DNA of 41,725 nt from IMG/VR virus record IMGVR_UViG_3300031965_000069, positions 1 through 41,725 of that record; one strand, written 5' to 3'. The notes under the pieces are model-generated. The model saw only the letters and a program-made list of their open reading frames with translations. It had not been told where the DNA came from and ran no database searches. This document shows positions 1-9,956 of this stretch, piece by piece; the first letter of the stretch is position 1; each line of letters begins with the position of its first letter. Both the position numbers and the translations under genes were made by a program. The stretch comes from a virus (taxonomy: Duplodnaviria > Caudoviricetes).

Positions 1-121
1 CCAATGTTAAAAAAGCTTTTTTTGCTCCTTGAGACAAAATCTTTGGGTTGAGAGATTTGGGCTGTTCTGAGATGAGGATTTTTTCAAAAGCATATCCGTT
101 TGTTTCTCTCTCAATGGCCAT
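1..121 (-). CDS. 5' part of a virion-operon gene, truncated by the window edge (MAIERETNGYAFEKILISEQ...)
   Basis: ATG at 121 preceded by AAGGA; open to position 1; same strand as the structural operon. Confidence 0.55.
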   Translation of the reverse strand, partial: MAIERETNGYAFEKILISEQPKSLNPKILSQGAKKAFLTL

Positions 122-149
122 TTACTTGTTCCTTAATTTGGTGTATAAT
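121..149 (+). promoter_or_regulatory. putative sigma70-type promoter TTTACT-N17-TATAAT
   Basis: perfect -10 at 144-149, 17-nt spacer, 8 nt upstream of a small ORF. Confidence 0.45.
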
Positions 150-157
150 AATAGGTT

Positions 158-223
158 ATGGATACACTTATAGCACTTACTCTCATATCAATCTTTGCTG
201 GCGTAATCATATTTTGTTTCTAA
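158..223 (+). CDS. 21-aa hydrophobic peptide MDTLIALTLISIFAGVIIFCF (moron-like)
   Basis: manual translation; fills the intergenic gap, antisense to neighbours, has its own promoter-like sequence. Confidence 0.45.
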   Translation: MDTLIALTLISIFAGVIIFCF

Positions 224-225
224 TT

Positions 226-1644
226 TCATTGCTTTTGTCCCACCGCATCTAATATCTTACTACCAGCAAACCCAGCCACAGCACCACCCACACCAACTAT
301 CGCAAGCCACTTTGATACATTCAAAAACTTAGCGGCAGCCCTGAAACCACCCATCTCCTGAATAATCTGCTTTGGGAGCAAGCTGGATACAGTTTGTCGT
401 AACTCTGCGTCACCAAATCCTTTAGTCATATTATCTATAAGCTGGCCTTCCTTAAACCTTCCCTTAATCAAATTGTACTTTTTAATACCCTCAGAATACG
501 CTTGATTTGCTGATGCCAACTCAGGAAATGCTGAAAGCTGTTTACCCTTCACGTCATCTACAAAATCAATCAGATCAATATCAGTCTCAGCAAAGTTACG
601 CATTAAAGGGGGCTTCTTGAGATTGGATTTAATCGAGGAAACCTCATTAACTATCCTTTTGATGTCTCTGGATTGAGATAAACTGACCTTGGATGCCGAC
701 TCAGGATTTTTAAGAAACCCATCAATGATAGACTTCTTATCTTCTCTGAGTAACCCGACTCTCTTGGCGGCAAGGCGTAAATCGTTAATTATCCTACTGT
801 TACCTTTTGCCGAGTTTTTTAAAGCAATAAACTCATCTTCAAGATTGATAATGGTATTAGGGTTCTGCGTCTCAATAGCATCAAGAGCTTTTTCAAAAGA
901 TTTACCCAAGTTCCTTTTAGACTCAAACAAGGATCTTCTGACCTTATGGGCAAACTGAACAGCTTTAGGGCCGACCCTTGCCAAGTTTTGGATACCCCTC
1001 GCAATAGGTACACCAACAACCCCTAAAGCAGATGCTCCAAGGGCTTGTTTGGTTCTTTGTTCCAAGTCAAGAAAGTCATCAGGAGCTTCGGTAAATCCAA
1101 CAAACCCTGCTGATATAGCACCTTGAGCCATACCTTTCGCTACGCCCCTTCCAGATAGTCCTATGCGATTAGCTAAACTCAGTCCAATCTTTCCGGGTAC
1201 TAAGAAACCTGCTATTTTGCCTGCTGTGGTAGCAGCACGGTTTGTGGATTCTGGAACCTTAATACCTGCTTTTTCGGTGGCCATTTCAATAAACTTTCTT
1301 GGAATACCAAATGAGGCCGTATCTAAAGCACCTAAAGCAAATTCGGTAGATGCTAAAGCCAGAGGGTCATCGTCAAATAATTTTCCTTGGACGGCGTCAA
1401 ATCCAATATCAACTCCAGTTTTTTGTAATAACGCTTTACCACCTATGTTCTTAGCTGTTTTCACTAAACCATCAAACTTAGCTTGTCGTTCACTCTCGTC
1501 CGGAAGTTGTATTGGTTTGGGTTGGTTGGTCTGTTCAGCGGTAATACCAAGCTTATCTGCTACTTGTTGGATTTCTCCTTTAGACGGCGTGTAATCATCG
1601 TCACCAATTTTGATGATCTGATCTCCGATCTTAACCTTAGCCAT
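226..1644 (-). CDS. putative internal virion / DNA ejection protein
   Basis: 472 aa, Gly/Ala-rich amphipathic segments, hydrophobic C-terminus, third of three such genes after the tail genes. Confidence 0.6.
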   Translation of the reverse strand: MAKVKIGDQIIKIGDDDYTPSKGEIQQVADKLGITAEQTNQPKPIQLPDESERQAKFDGLVKTAKNIGGKALLQKTGVDIGFDAVQGKLFDDDPLALASTEFALGALDTASFGIPRKFIEMATEKAGIKVPESTNRAATTAGKIAGFLVPGKIGLSLANRIGLSGRGVAKGMAQGAISAGFVGFTEAPDDFLDLEQRTKQALGASALGVVGVPIARGIQNLARVGPKAVQFAHKVRRSLFESKRNLGKSFEKALDAIETQNPNTIINLEDEFIALKNSAKGNSRIINDLRLAAKRVGLLREDKKSIIDGFLKNPESASKVSLSQSRDIKRIVNEVSSIKSNLKKPPLMRNFAETDIDLIDFVDDVKGKQLSAFPELASANQAYSEGIKKYNLIKGRFKEGQLIDNMTKGFGDAELRQTVSSLLPKQIIQEMGGFRAAAKFLNVSKWLAIVGVGGAVAGFAGSKILDAVGQKQ

Positions 1645-2813
1645 TATTGGATGACCTCGAAATCAACGCCTGTGTCAAGTTTGCCTTTCATCTTTCCTGA
1701 AAGTTTATCGAAATCTTCACCCTTGGGGCCTGTAAATGCGTCAGTTTTTGAGAATTTGTTAATTAACTTTTTCAAGTCTGTTTCCATATCCTGATCGTCT
1801 CTCTGAACAATGGATGAAGCTTCCTTAAGAAATGCCCTCTTGATCTTAGCAGTACCTTCAGCATCAAAGAATGAAGGAACTATCTGTTCAGCAGCTTCCT
1901 GTTCAACTCTTGAGATATTACCAACATCACCTGCGGCACGAACAAGCATAACCCTAAGTCTTTTAACCGCACCTTCATGCGCAGCTGCAGAAAATCCTTT
2001 TAAGGTACTTTGATCGAGACTTGCAAACTTGGTTGATAAACCGGCTTTCATTCTTCCAATGAATCCAACACCTCTCTCAATCTCGTCATCAATAACAAAG
2101 AAATTACCCAACTCTTTGCTTAACTGTTTTCTTTTAAGATTTATATCAGCTAACTTTCTTTCACTTGTTTTGAGTGAATCCATAACAAGGTCATTCTTGG
2201 CTTTTTGTTGCTCCCCTTGAGTGGTTAGTTTTCCTGTAAACGGGTCAATCTCAGGAGCTTCCAAATCATCAATGCTGAACTTTTCAGGTTTTGAAACACT
2301 TTGAGTGATTGATTTTTCAATATCATTTTTAGGTTGATCTGTCGGTACAGAAGTAGCAGATATACGACTAGGCAAAGACTGTTCTTCTGGCGTACTTTCT
2401 CCAATCATGCCAGCCAAACTCTTACCGACAGCTTGAAAAACCTTTCCGGCTTCTGGACTTCCTGCCTTTTTCGCATCTGCCTGTAAAGAAATTAATTCTT
2501 GTATATCTTTAAATTTATCATCACCCTTTATAGATTGAGTCACAACAAGACTTGACATCTTATTTAAAGTCTCAGTTGGTATTTTGGAAACATCCAAATC
2601 CCCAAGCTTTTCTCCAAGTTCAGGATTAGATTTACTGATTGCTGTTATGATTGATTCATAACCTGTCTGGGCCTCGGCTTTTGCCGTTTCCTTCTCCGCC
2701 TTCTCCTGTTGCTTCTTAATCCTCTCTTGAAGCTGGGTCTGGGCGGCGGATGCCCCTATCTGGAGCCCTTGACCGAACGTGCTTGCGAATCCTCTCTTGA
2801 AGTCGTCAGCCAT
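1644..2813 (-). CDS. putative internal virion / DNA ejection protein (start likely MADDFKR at 2813)
   Basis: GGAGGAGG upstream of ATG 2813; helical and coiled-coil character; position in the operon. Confidence 0.6.
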   Translation of the reverse strand: MADDFKRGFASTFGQGLQIGASAAQTQLQERIKKQQEKAEKETAKAEAQTGYESIITAISKSNPELGEKLGDLDVSKIPTETLNKMSSLVVTQSIKGDDKFKDIQELISLQADAKKAGSPEAGKVFQAVGKSLAGMIGESTPEEQSLPSRISATSVPTDQPKNDIEKSITQSVSKPEKFSIDDLEAPEIDPFTGKLTTQGEQQKAKNDLVMDSLKTSERKLADINLKRKQLSKELGNFFVIDDEIERGVGFIGRMKAGLSTKFASLDQSTLKGFSAAAHEGAVKRLRVMLVRAAGDVGNISRVEQEAAEQIVPSFFDAEGTAKIKRAFLKEASSIVQRDDQDMETDLKKLINKFSKTDAFTGPKGEDFDKLSGKMKGKLDTGVDFEVIQ

Positions 2814-2815
2814 GA

Positions 2816-3538
2816 TTATCCTCCTCCTCCCAACCATGTGGGTAACCCTTTGGCAATACCACCACCAATACCAGTGCCAAACCCACCTGCGGCCGCACCG
2901 GCAACCCCTCCGGCAATCTGCCCCAATACACTAGGCGGCGCGTTCTGGTAGTTGGAGGACTGCTGACCAAATATCTGCGCGTTGAACGCATCAATCTGCC
3001 CCTGACGGCTGAAGATGGACTCAGGCGACACGTTCTGGACAAGCTGACCCGTGCCGGTTGTGGTCGGGATGCCCGATACCGGCTGACGGCCTGCCGTGGA
3101 GAGCGCAATATTGAGTCCCCGGTTCTTAAGGTTCTGTCTCAACTGCTGAATCCGGGCGGATTCCTCGATGGATCCAAGAGGTGATATGTCACCTAATCCC
3201 CTTTGCGACTGGGCGGCCCTCACGTCTCTTACAAGCTCAGGGCGAAGCTCCTGAAACTCTGCCTCATCATCCTGGTCGAGGAACTCCCTAAGTCTATTGG
3301 ATGCGGACGCGATCTCAGGAGATATAATCTTCTGGATGTCCATGCCGACTTCGGCGAACTCTGGGCCAAACTCACGTAAGGAATCAATCTGTTCTTGGCT
3401 AAATTGTGGCCCAAACTCCCTCTGCGCTTCGAGTATCTTCGGCAAAGACTCAATCTGCGCCGAGATCGTCTCCCTTGTGCTCTCCGTGGGTGTCGATGCC
3501 GGAGGCGGAGGCGCTGGGGCCGGTTGTGAACTAGACAT
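2816..3538 (-). CDS. putative DNA transfer/ejection protein (start likely MSSSQPAP at 3538)
   Basis: AAGGAG RBS; Gln-rich body and Gly/Ala-rich hydrophobic C-terminus typical of P22 gp7-like pilot proteins. Confidence 0.6.
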   Translation of the reverse strand: MSSSQPAPAPPPPASTPTESTRETISAQIESLPKILEAQREFGPQFSQEQIDSLREFGPEFAEVGMDIQKIISPEIASASNRLREFLDQDDEAEFQELRPELVRDVRAAQSQRGLGDISPLGSIEESARIQQLRQNLKNRGLNIALSTAGRQPVSGIPTTTGTGQLVQNVSPESIFSRQGQIDAFNAQIFGQQSSNYQNAPPSVLGQIAGGVAGAAAGGFGTGIGGGIAKGLPTWLGGGG

Positions 3539-3827
3539 TTTTCTCTCCTTTAAGTAAAGACTCGATGTATTTACGGGTGAATCTCCGTGACATCCTGTCA
3601 CCGTGCTTCTCGCGCGTGAAGTAGGCCCACTTGGCGCCTGGTGTCTGTTCCAGAATATCAGTAGCTAGTAGCTTAATCATCTTGCGCCCAGATTCCTTGG
3701 GGTGAACCCATAGTGATGTAAGCCAAACGTAATCTCCGTCCTCGACCGGGTATCCTGATGGCCCGACTCTTTGCCACTCCATGTAAGCGATAACTTTGCT
3801 GTCATTGTCTTTGACCGTACATATCAC
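3531..3827 (-). CDS. GNAT-fold-like small protein
   Basis: YVWLTSLWVHPKESGR resembles the GNAT motif; GNAT-like genes often precede ejection genes in podoviruses. Confidence 0.5.
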   Translation of the reverse strand: MICTVKDNDSKVIAYMEWQRVGPSGYPVEDGDYVWLTSLWVHPKESGRKMIKLLATDILEQTPGAKWAYFTREKHGDRMSRRFTRKYIESLLKGEKNV

Positions 3828-4837
3828 GATGCCTTAATTTCTGTAATTGTTATAGAAGAAGCAAGTACCCCGCCATACAACCTTGACCCACCGGAACCGT
3901 TGAATGTAAACGTGCCTGAAGTATCCCCTCCGGCGCGAACCTTAAATGTAGTTTCACTAGTTGTGCCTGCGGTCATAAAATGAGTAAACACAATTGCGTT
4001 TGGTCTAGTACTAGAACCTAACCCATGAGTACCGCAAGCTAAGGCTCCCTCAGTTGAATCCTGAAACAACGCCGCTGTTTTTGAAGCCCCGGAACCGACA
4101 CTGAAGTCATGGTAGACAACAACTTCAATTTTCAACTTGTTGGTCGTACTTTTTGGCGTAATTGCCAAAGTCATATACTCATCACCCTCGTCATTCTGAG
4201 GGATAGAATCATCATCTGGCATAACGGTTGTACCGGTAGCAACTGCGCCATCTTGAGTATTTACAATGTTGACAACTGCACCATCTTCAATTCCGCCAGC
4301 AATCGGTTCTCCACTCGCCGTTTGATACCAAGCACACTTCCAGTTACCTGAACCAAGAGAGACGAAGCAAGCCGTGTCCCCGGCGGCGGTCGTAATATTA
4401 GCCGCTCCCGGAAGGATAAGCGAAGTCCCGTTGTGGGTAAGGGTGAGCGCGTCATCAAACTGCACGATACGCCGAGTACCGGCTTGCACCGTACCGAATC
4501 CTGTAATGGTGGTAGTCCCCGTCACATCCACGTAGTTGCCATCAGCGGCCCCAATGTCAGTGGTAGTAGCAGACGCAATATCCTCTGACTTATTTTCATT
4601 TAAGGCCTCAGAAAGTGTCATTACCCCTGAATGAGTCATCGTGCCCGAATGTGTAATATTCTGCGTGATGGTGGCGAGGTTCAGCTTGGAGTTGGCGATA
4701 GCGGCCCCGGCCTTGATGTTCACATTCTCAATGTTGCCGTTAAACTCATTGGCCAGAGGATTTACTTTGTTGTCTAGATTAGCCGCGTTTACTGTTGCCG
4801 GATCAGAACCGTAATCATCTAGGGTAATCAGTCCGAT
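3824..4837 (-). CDS. tail fibre/tail-associated protein; frame open upstream of the track's GTG (4723) to an ATC at 4837
   Basis: Thr/Gly-rich beta-type domains; AAGGAGG 6 nt before ATC-GGA-CTG; in-frame TAA just upstream. Confidence 0.65.
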   Translation of the reverse strand: MGLITLDDYGSDPATVNAANLDNKVNPLANEFNGNIENVNIKAGAAIANSKLNLATITQNITHSGTMTHSGVMTLSEALNENKSEDIASATTTDIGAADGNYVDVTGTTTITGFGTVQAGTRRIVQFDDALTLTHNGTSLILPGAANITTAAGDTACFVSLGSGNWKCAWYQTASGEPIAGGIEDGAVVNIVNTQDGAVATGTTVMPDDDSIPQNDEGDEYMTLAITPKSTTNKLKIEVVVYHDFSVGSGASKTAALFQDSTEGALACGTHGLGSSTRPNAIVFTHFMTAGTTSETTFKVRAGGDTSGTFTFNGSGGSRLYGGVLASSITITEIKAS

Positions 4838-5331
4838 GACGCACCTCCTTTAAAATTAAGTTTGGCAAACTCACCAAATAATTCAACTGCTCTTTTATCA
4901 TAAGCATTAGCAGCTTCAACTTTAGATAAAAACCTACCAATTCTTGAATTCTTTTTATTTATCTGTATTTGAGCTTGCCATCTTTTACGATCTGGAAGCC
5001 AAGAAACTCCTTTATACCCAGATGTATTATCAGAACGTTTCTTCATGTTAAATTTATTCTGTTGATCTGTACACGGCCTCAAGTTTGAACGTCTATTATC
5101 AAGACCGTTTCCATTTATATGATCTACCTGAAACTTTTTATTTCCAATTAAACCGAGTATAAATCTATGCATCATTATATTAATAATTTTCCCATTTATT
5201 TTCTGACGTCTAACAGCATAGACAAGATTATAAGGACATACTACAACGTGCCATTTCATTTTTGATAAAACTAAATAGTCACAATCATCAACAATTGCTT
5301 CATAACCTTTTGATAATGCAATTGATTTCAT
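4828..5331 (-). mobile_element. free-standing HNH-AP2 homing endonuclease
   Basis: VDHINGNGLDNRRSNLR HNH motif; SGYKGVSW...WQAQI...IGRF...EAANAYD...FGEFAKLNF AP2 domain; AT-rich relative to flanks. Confidence 0.92.
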
Positions 5332-5525
5332 TATCTTAAATCTCCATTTATGTCTGAAAGTGTCTTTTCCAAATCACTCTTTCTCGATTCCAAAGCATCT
5401 ATGCGGGACTGCAACTTATCCTTCTGTTTTAAAAGCGGTGTAAGCTCACGGTCAATGTTGGCTTTCTCAGCCACGATAATCCTGACTCGTGATGAAAGAG
5501 TTTTTCTTGACGATTCCATAATCAT
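5331..5525 (-). CDS. small coiled-coil protein
   Basis: 64 aa heptad pattern; overlaps both neighbours at start and stop codons. Confidence 0.6.
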   Translation of the reverse strand: MIMESSRKTLSSRVRIIVAEKANIDRELTPLLKQKDKLQSRIDALESRKSDLEKTLSDINGDLR

Positions 5526-7687
5526 GTAACCCTCACAGATCTAGGTTGCGCAAACAAGGTATACTCAACGAATGTCGGGCGTTTATTGTAAATATTATTT
5601 TGAATCTTGACTCTGGCGGTCTTGCCTCTGCCCGCATGCTTGGTTCTAAATGTCAGAATCTTGCGGGAATCCGTGCCTGTAGTAGCTGGGGTGGTGAATG
5701 GCGTGACAAGCGCGCCGGAAAGTGTCCCGGTAGACCCAACACTTACAAACCCTCCACGGTCAACCTCAATCTGAACGGTATAATCGGCATCCGAACCTGT
5801 CTGGCAGACTATCTGAAGGGGGTCAAATATCTTATCGGTAGCACGGTCGCCAAAGTCATGGTCAATACCAATGAGCTTCTGGGTAATGGCGGCCCCATCA
5901 TCATTGCTACCGGAAAGAAGTTTGTAGCAAAGTGAATGTGAGCGTCCGTCTCCACCAACCACGGTCTTGACATTATCCCCGAAGCTGAATGAAGAAAGAC
6001 ATGAGAAATTCCAAGCATCCTTTTTGATAACTGTCCATGCGGAGTTGGGGTCTTGATTTCTCTGGGCGGCCACCGAATCCCATATGAGGAACTGATTCGG
6101 GTTGATATTCGTGCCGGTCGGAACCCCTGCGATATAGAGGCCGTTCTCGAACCATCCGACAGAGTTGGCGATCGCATCCTGATTGATGCTGTCGATGATG
6201 TCCTGTATGGATTCGGAGATCACGCCTACGCGGAGTTTGTCGAAAGTGGTGCGGGATAACAGACGAAACCCGTCAGTACCGAGGAAGATATGGTCGTTGC
6301 CGATGTCTTGTATGGTGCGCCCTGCCGGGCACCCTATGGCAATCGAGAGGGGTTTCACCTCCCAGTCACTCAAGGGGGTTGTGCCATTCATATTCAGCAC
6401 AAAGATGGAGTCATTCTTGTAGATGATAAGCTCGAACTCTTTGAATAGTTTAAGCCAGGTAACCTTGCCACCATCGCCTGAGCGCACACGGAAACGGTTG
6501 GTGGCTCTATCAAAAGTTTGAGCATCCAAAGCATCCGAAAACCACACAATGTCCTGATCGGCAATCGTGAGGGAGCCGGATACAAAGAGTCGGTTGTTGG
6601 TCGCCCACTCTGCGCATGTTCCGCGTGGAACGTCTGTATTCGTGTTACCCTCATCGGTAATCGACTCAGAACTATCCATTGAGTGAACGTTGTCGGTACC
6701 GTTGAAAATGAAGAGCTTGTCCTGGGCCTGCACAAAGTTTGTGGCCTTGTCGGCTGTGAAGCCGGTGTCAATATTCGTCCAACCTTTGAAGTCATCATCA
6801 AGGCGCTGGAGATCAGTATTCTTGATGCGGTAGAGCCGATCTATAGTGGAACCAACCGTGAACCGAGTAATTCCCATAATCTGGTCAAGCTCGATATCGT
6901 CTACAGTAAAATCATCATCGTAAATACGAAGGTCATCAAGTTCACCGTCAAAGGTGCGGGTACCGGCTGAGTTGTTGCCAAGAGTAAGGTCAACTGCCGA
7001 GTCATCATTGATACTGCCAGATCCCGTGGTGTCAGTAGAATACGAAGAAATGGCCCCGTCAATGTAGATGTCAAGTGTGTCATCAGAATTCAAGATCGCA
7101 TCCACCTTGTGCCATTCATCCAAAGTCATGGTGGTTGAAGTTACAACTAGGGCATTGGTGGTGCTGAATCCTACTTCAAAGGTCAGCTTAACTGTGCTTG
7201 AGGACTCACCATTGACAAATACGCGATAGCCGACATCAGACCCGCTCCACTTATCGAATATGCGGCCCTCATCATTCTGGCCGTCGGAATTGACATATAC
7301 CCATGCGGAGAGCCGAAACGGCCCCATGTCGGTTACATCTATGGTGGTGTCGGGTGAAACGGTGATTTCAGATGTGGTGCCGTTGAATGACGCGGCCTTG
7401 CCAAACTTACCATCGACAAAAGTGACCGATGAAGCCGTGCCGTCATTATCACCCTTGTCATCCACTACGGAAGAATCATCGAATGTCCAGCGGGAGATCA
7501 GCGAGTCAGGATTATCCCCGATCCTTGATATCCCCTTCCTCTGCTCGGCCTCTCCGAGATTGGTGATGATTGTATCCTGCACAACAGTCCCATGACCCTG
7601 ACGCGCTATGGTCGGCTCAGACCCGGAATCCTGCCCGTGATTGAATGTCCTGACCCTCTGTGGGATTCGCCTATCTGTCACTCTCAT
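5522..7687 (-). CDS. tail tubular protein B / head-closure (P22 gp10-like) with inserted LamG/concanavalin-A-like domain
   Basis: 721 aa beta-propeller-like (LFIFNG, LIIYK, IGCPAGRTI, HIFLG.DG); LamG motifs WTFDD, GKFGKAASFNG, SAWVY, WHKV, FDGELDDLRIY. Confidence 0.7.
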   Translation of the reverse strand: MRVTDRRIPQRVRTFNHGQDSGSEPTIARQGHGTVVQDTIITNLGEAEQRKGISRIGDNPDSLISRWTFDDSSVVDDKGDNDGTASSVTFVDGKFGKAASFNGTTSEITVSPDTTIDVTDMGPFRLSAWVYVNSDGQNDEGRIFDKWSGSDVGYRVFVNGESSSTVKLTFEVGFSTTNALVVTSTTMTLDEWHKVDAILNSDDTLDIYIDGAISSYSTDTTGSGSINDDSAVDLTLGNNSAGTRTFDGELDDLRIYDDDFTVDDIELDQIMGITRFTVGSTIDRLYRIKNTDLQRLDDDFKGWTNIDTGFTADKATNFVQAQDKLFIFNGTDNVHSMDSSESITDEGNTNTDVPRGTCAEWATNNRLFVSGSLTIADQDIVWFSDALDAQTFDRATNRFRVRSGDGGKVTWLKLFKEFELIIYKNDSIFVLNMNGTTPLSDWEVKPLSIAIGCPAGRTIQDIGNDHIFLGTDGFRLLSRTTFDKLRVGVISESIQDIIDSINQDAIANSVGWFENGLYIAGVPTGTNINPNQFLIWDSVAAQRNQDPNSAWTVIKKDAWNFSCLSSFSFGDNVKTVVGGDGRSHSLCYKLLSGSNDDGAAITQKLIGIDHDFGDRATDKIFDPLQIVCQTGSDADYTVQIEVDRGGFVSVGSTGTLSGALVTPFTTPATTGTDSRKILTFRTKHAGRGKTARVKIQNNIYNKRPTFVEYTLFAQPRSVRVT

Positions 7688-8688
7688 TATGTGAAGAATA
7701 ACCTCCCAGACTCACCAATATCAGATTCGGAGTTAGCCGGTACAAACTGCTTAATCACGTTCCTTCCTTTCCTTGAGTTAAATAGTTCCCTCACGGAATT
7801 GTTGAACTTCTGCTCCTGAAATTGCCATGCTTGCTCCTGACCATCCTCAGCCAGGGCATCAGCCACTATGCCCTCAACAAGTTCATCCGCACACGGAATG
7901 ATGGGCACATCGGCATCATTTTCTAAGGGAAGCCATTTCTTCTTGTACCAAACTTCGGCGGTAAGGGCGGCGGCAGGGGTATTGACAAGCCGTATCCACT
8001 CATAATACGGGGCCTTCTCATTCGGGGCGATCTGAGCCAGAGTGTCTGCGGATGTCTTCTCCCTTAAAGTCACCACCCCGGCAAGCTCAATATCGGTTCC
8101 AGTCAGTGACCCAACACCAATGATGAATTCGGTACCTTCATCGTACGTATTGGAGGAATCCACCGCGGTTGTGCCGTTAAGTGTCAAGGACTCCGATACC
8201 GGAACACCTGATACTTCGCCAGTGATTCTGATGATCTTCGGAGAGTCATCGTCTGTGGATGTAGAGAGAACCTGAACTTTGTCGTCAGTTGATAGGAGAC
8301 TAGATACCGACTTAGAGCCAACTCGAATATATTTCTTTGGCTGTCCTGTCTGCACATTCCCGGCTACTTCCTCGACCGGGGCGGTGAACCTGATATGCGA
8401 TTCGAGTGTATCTTCCGTGATTTCTCTGCCATTGGTTTTGTCCCATATCTTGATGATTTGCTCGAGATCACGCCTTAAGGCATAGTCCCGGGTACTTGCC
8501 GTGACGGACAAGTCATACTCCCTGATTAACTCTACCCACGGGAATGAACGCAGGATGCGGTTGTAGCGGGTTCTGGCCCAGTCTTTTACCTTGGGTAGGA
8601 TGTCATTGGCGTTTGACGTGGAGGTTGAGACATTTTGAACCTGACTCTGCGCCCTCACCTGTATGCGTTTGAAATTATCGTTTATCAA
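7687..8688 (-). CDS. head-tail adaptor / tail tubular protein A-like
   Basis: TTG start with AAGGAG; FPW..L, Y.L..D, G.P..Y and D.P.IP motifs; directly upstream of tubular B. Confidence 0.65.
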   Translation of the reverse strand: MINDNFKRIQVRAQSQVQNVSTSTSNANDILPKVKDWARTRYNRILRSFPWVELIREYDLSVTASTRDYALRRDLEQIIKIWDKTNGREITEDTLESHIRFTAPVEEVAGNVQTGQPKKYIRVGSKSVSSLLSTDDKVQVLSTSTDDDSPKIIRITGEVSGVPVSESLTLNGTTAVDSSNTYDEGTEFIIGVGSLTGTDIELAGVVTLREKTSADTLAQIAPNEKAPYYEWIRLVNTPAAALTAEVWYKKKWLPLENDADVPIIPCADELVEGIVADALAEDGQEQAWQFQEQKFNNSVRELFNSRKGRNVIKQFVPANSESDIGESGRLFFT

Positions 8689-8698
8689 AACTCACTCC

Positions 8699-9160
8699 TT
8701 ATGCGGCCTGACCCACAGTTAGTCCCTCACCTGTCGCCGGAATAACCATGACGTTCCCAAACTGATCTTCCAGAGTCATGGTGATCGTACCTGCTGAACC
8801 AAAGTCAGCGTCACTAGGATTCATCTTTGCGACTCTCCAATGTTGCATGCGGCCTGAGACCGGACACTCGATGTCAAGCTCACCACGGAGTCCGTAGAAG
8901 TCCGAACCCTGACCGGCATCGGTTAAAGTGGCTATGGTGTTGCGCTGACCGCTCGCACTGACTCGCTGGCGGAAGTTGAGGACATAACCGTCAGTAGTGG
9001 TGACTGATTCCCCGGCGGCTACCGTGTAAGAGACATCAGCGGCCCCATCGTCGTTAACTGTGAGTGCGAATGTCTGGGCGTTTGTTACGGTGTGGGGCAC
9101 TCCGAAGGAATCGATATAAATAAATTCGCCGGTATCACACGTGGTTGTAGATGAAGCCAT
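8699..9160 (-). CDS. probable virion protein, Ser/Thr-rich
   Basis: strong AGGAGG RBS; beta-rich composition; position in the structural operon. Confidence 0.5.
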   Translation of the reverse strand: MASSTTTCDTGEFIYIDSFGVPHTVTNAQTFALTVNDDGAADVSYTVAAGESVTTTDGYVLNFRQRVSASGQRNTIATLTDAGQGSDFYGLRGELDIECPVSGRMQHWRVAKMNPSDADFGSAGTITMTLEDQFGNVMVIPATGEGLTVGQAA

Positions 9161-9176
9161 TTTTTAGTCCTCCTGA

Positions 9177-9956
9177 TTAATAAAACTTTTTCTGAGCGAT
9201 AAGATGCTGAGCATCCCAACTTGTAAATCTATGTTCAAAATTCTTTCTATGGAGAATAATCTCGAATCCCATTTCTTCGAGTACGGCCTTTAACTTTCGC
9301 CCGCTCCACAGGATGTGGTTGGTTTCGGGATTCCAATGACTAAAATCCCTTGGGCTATTATGATATATAAAGTCCGTGTCAGGAGTTGCTAAGAATAATA
9401 TACCATTCTCAGGCATCAAATTATATGCTTTTTCCAGAGCCATCAGTGGATCGGAGAAGTTCTCTAAAACATTCGACATCCATATCAAATCAAACTTCAG
9501 GTCATCGGGAAACTTGAATGTCTCGTAATCGGCCTTAATGAGGCGAGGGGTTTCCTCGGCCACAGGTGAGTTGTCAATACCGTAGGCCACCCACCCACGC
9601 TTGGCGAACGACATCATGGAATAAGGCGAGGCATACCCCACATCCAGCATCTTGCGGCCATAAGTCATTTCTTCAAGTAAGGGGCCATACACCCTTGAAG
9701 GGTACGCCATCGAATCGGCATACTTCCTCTTGTCCTTAAGCAAGATATCCAGATACTCTTTACCGAACTGCTTACAAACATCCACTGGTATCTTGTTTTG
9801 CCAAACTACCCCACATACACAGTGCCACCAAAGAGAAGTTTGCTTGGTGTCCACATTCTCCATCTTATGAAGCATATAGGTCACGGCCTGACCCCTGCAC
9901 ACCGGACAGATCGGGGTATCAGACTGTGACTGTTTCTCGGCTTCTAGCGTTTTCAT
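9177..9956 (-). CDS. class I SAM-dependent methyltransferase (Methyltransf_23-like) with N-terminal zinc ribbon
   Basis: CPVC...CVCG; MLDVGY; YGIDNS; FDLIWM.NVLEN..DP; G.L.LATP. Confidence 0.8.
   Translation of the reverse strand: MKTLEAEKQSQSDTPICPVCRGQAVTYMLHKMENVDTKQTSLWWHCVCGVVWQNKIPVDVCKQFGKEYLDILLKDKRKYADSMAYPSRVYGPLLEEMTYGRKMLDVGYASPYSMMSFAKRGWVAYGIDNSPVAEETPRLIKADYETFKFPDDLKFDLIWMSNVLENFSDPLMALEKAYNLMPENGILFLATPDTDFIYHNSPRDFSHWNPETNHILWSGRKLKAVLEEMGFEIILHRKNFEHRFTSWDAQHLIAQKKFY

Noticed and set aside
1-121. Direct circular join of position 41725 to position 1
   Set aside because: No terminal overlap seen, and joining puts the left-end ORF out of frame with the plausible right-end ORF; some sequence is probably missing
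4828-5331. HNH gene as part of a group I intron
   Set aside because: It overlaps both neighbouring genes, leaving no room for a ribozyme core, and no split exon pair is evident
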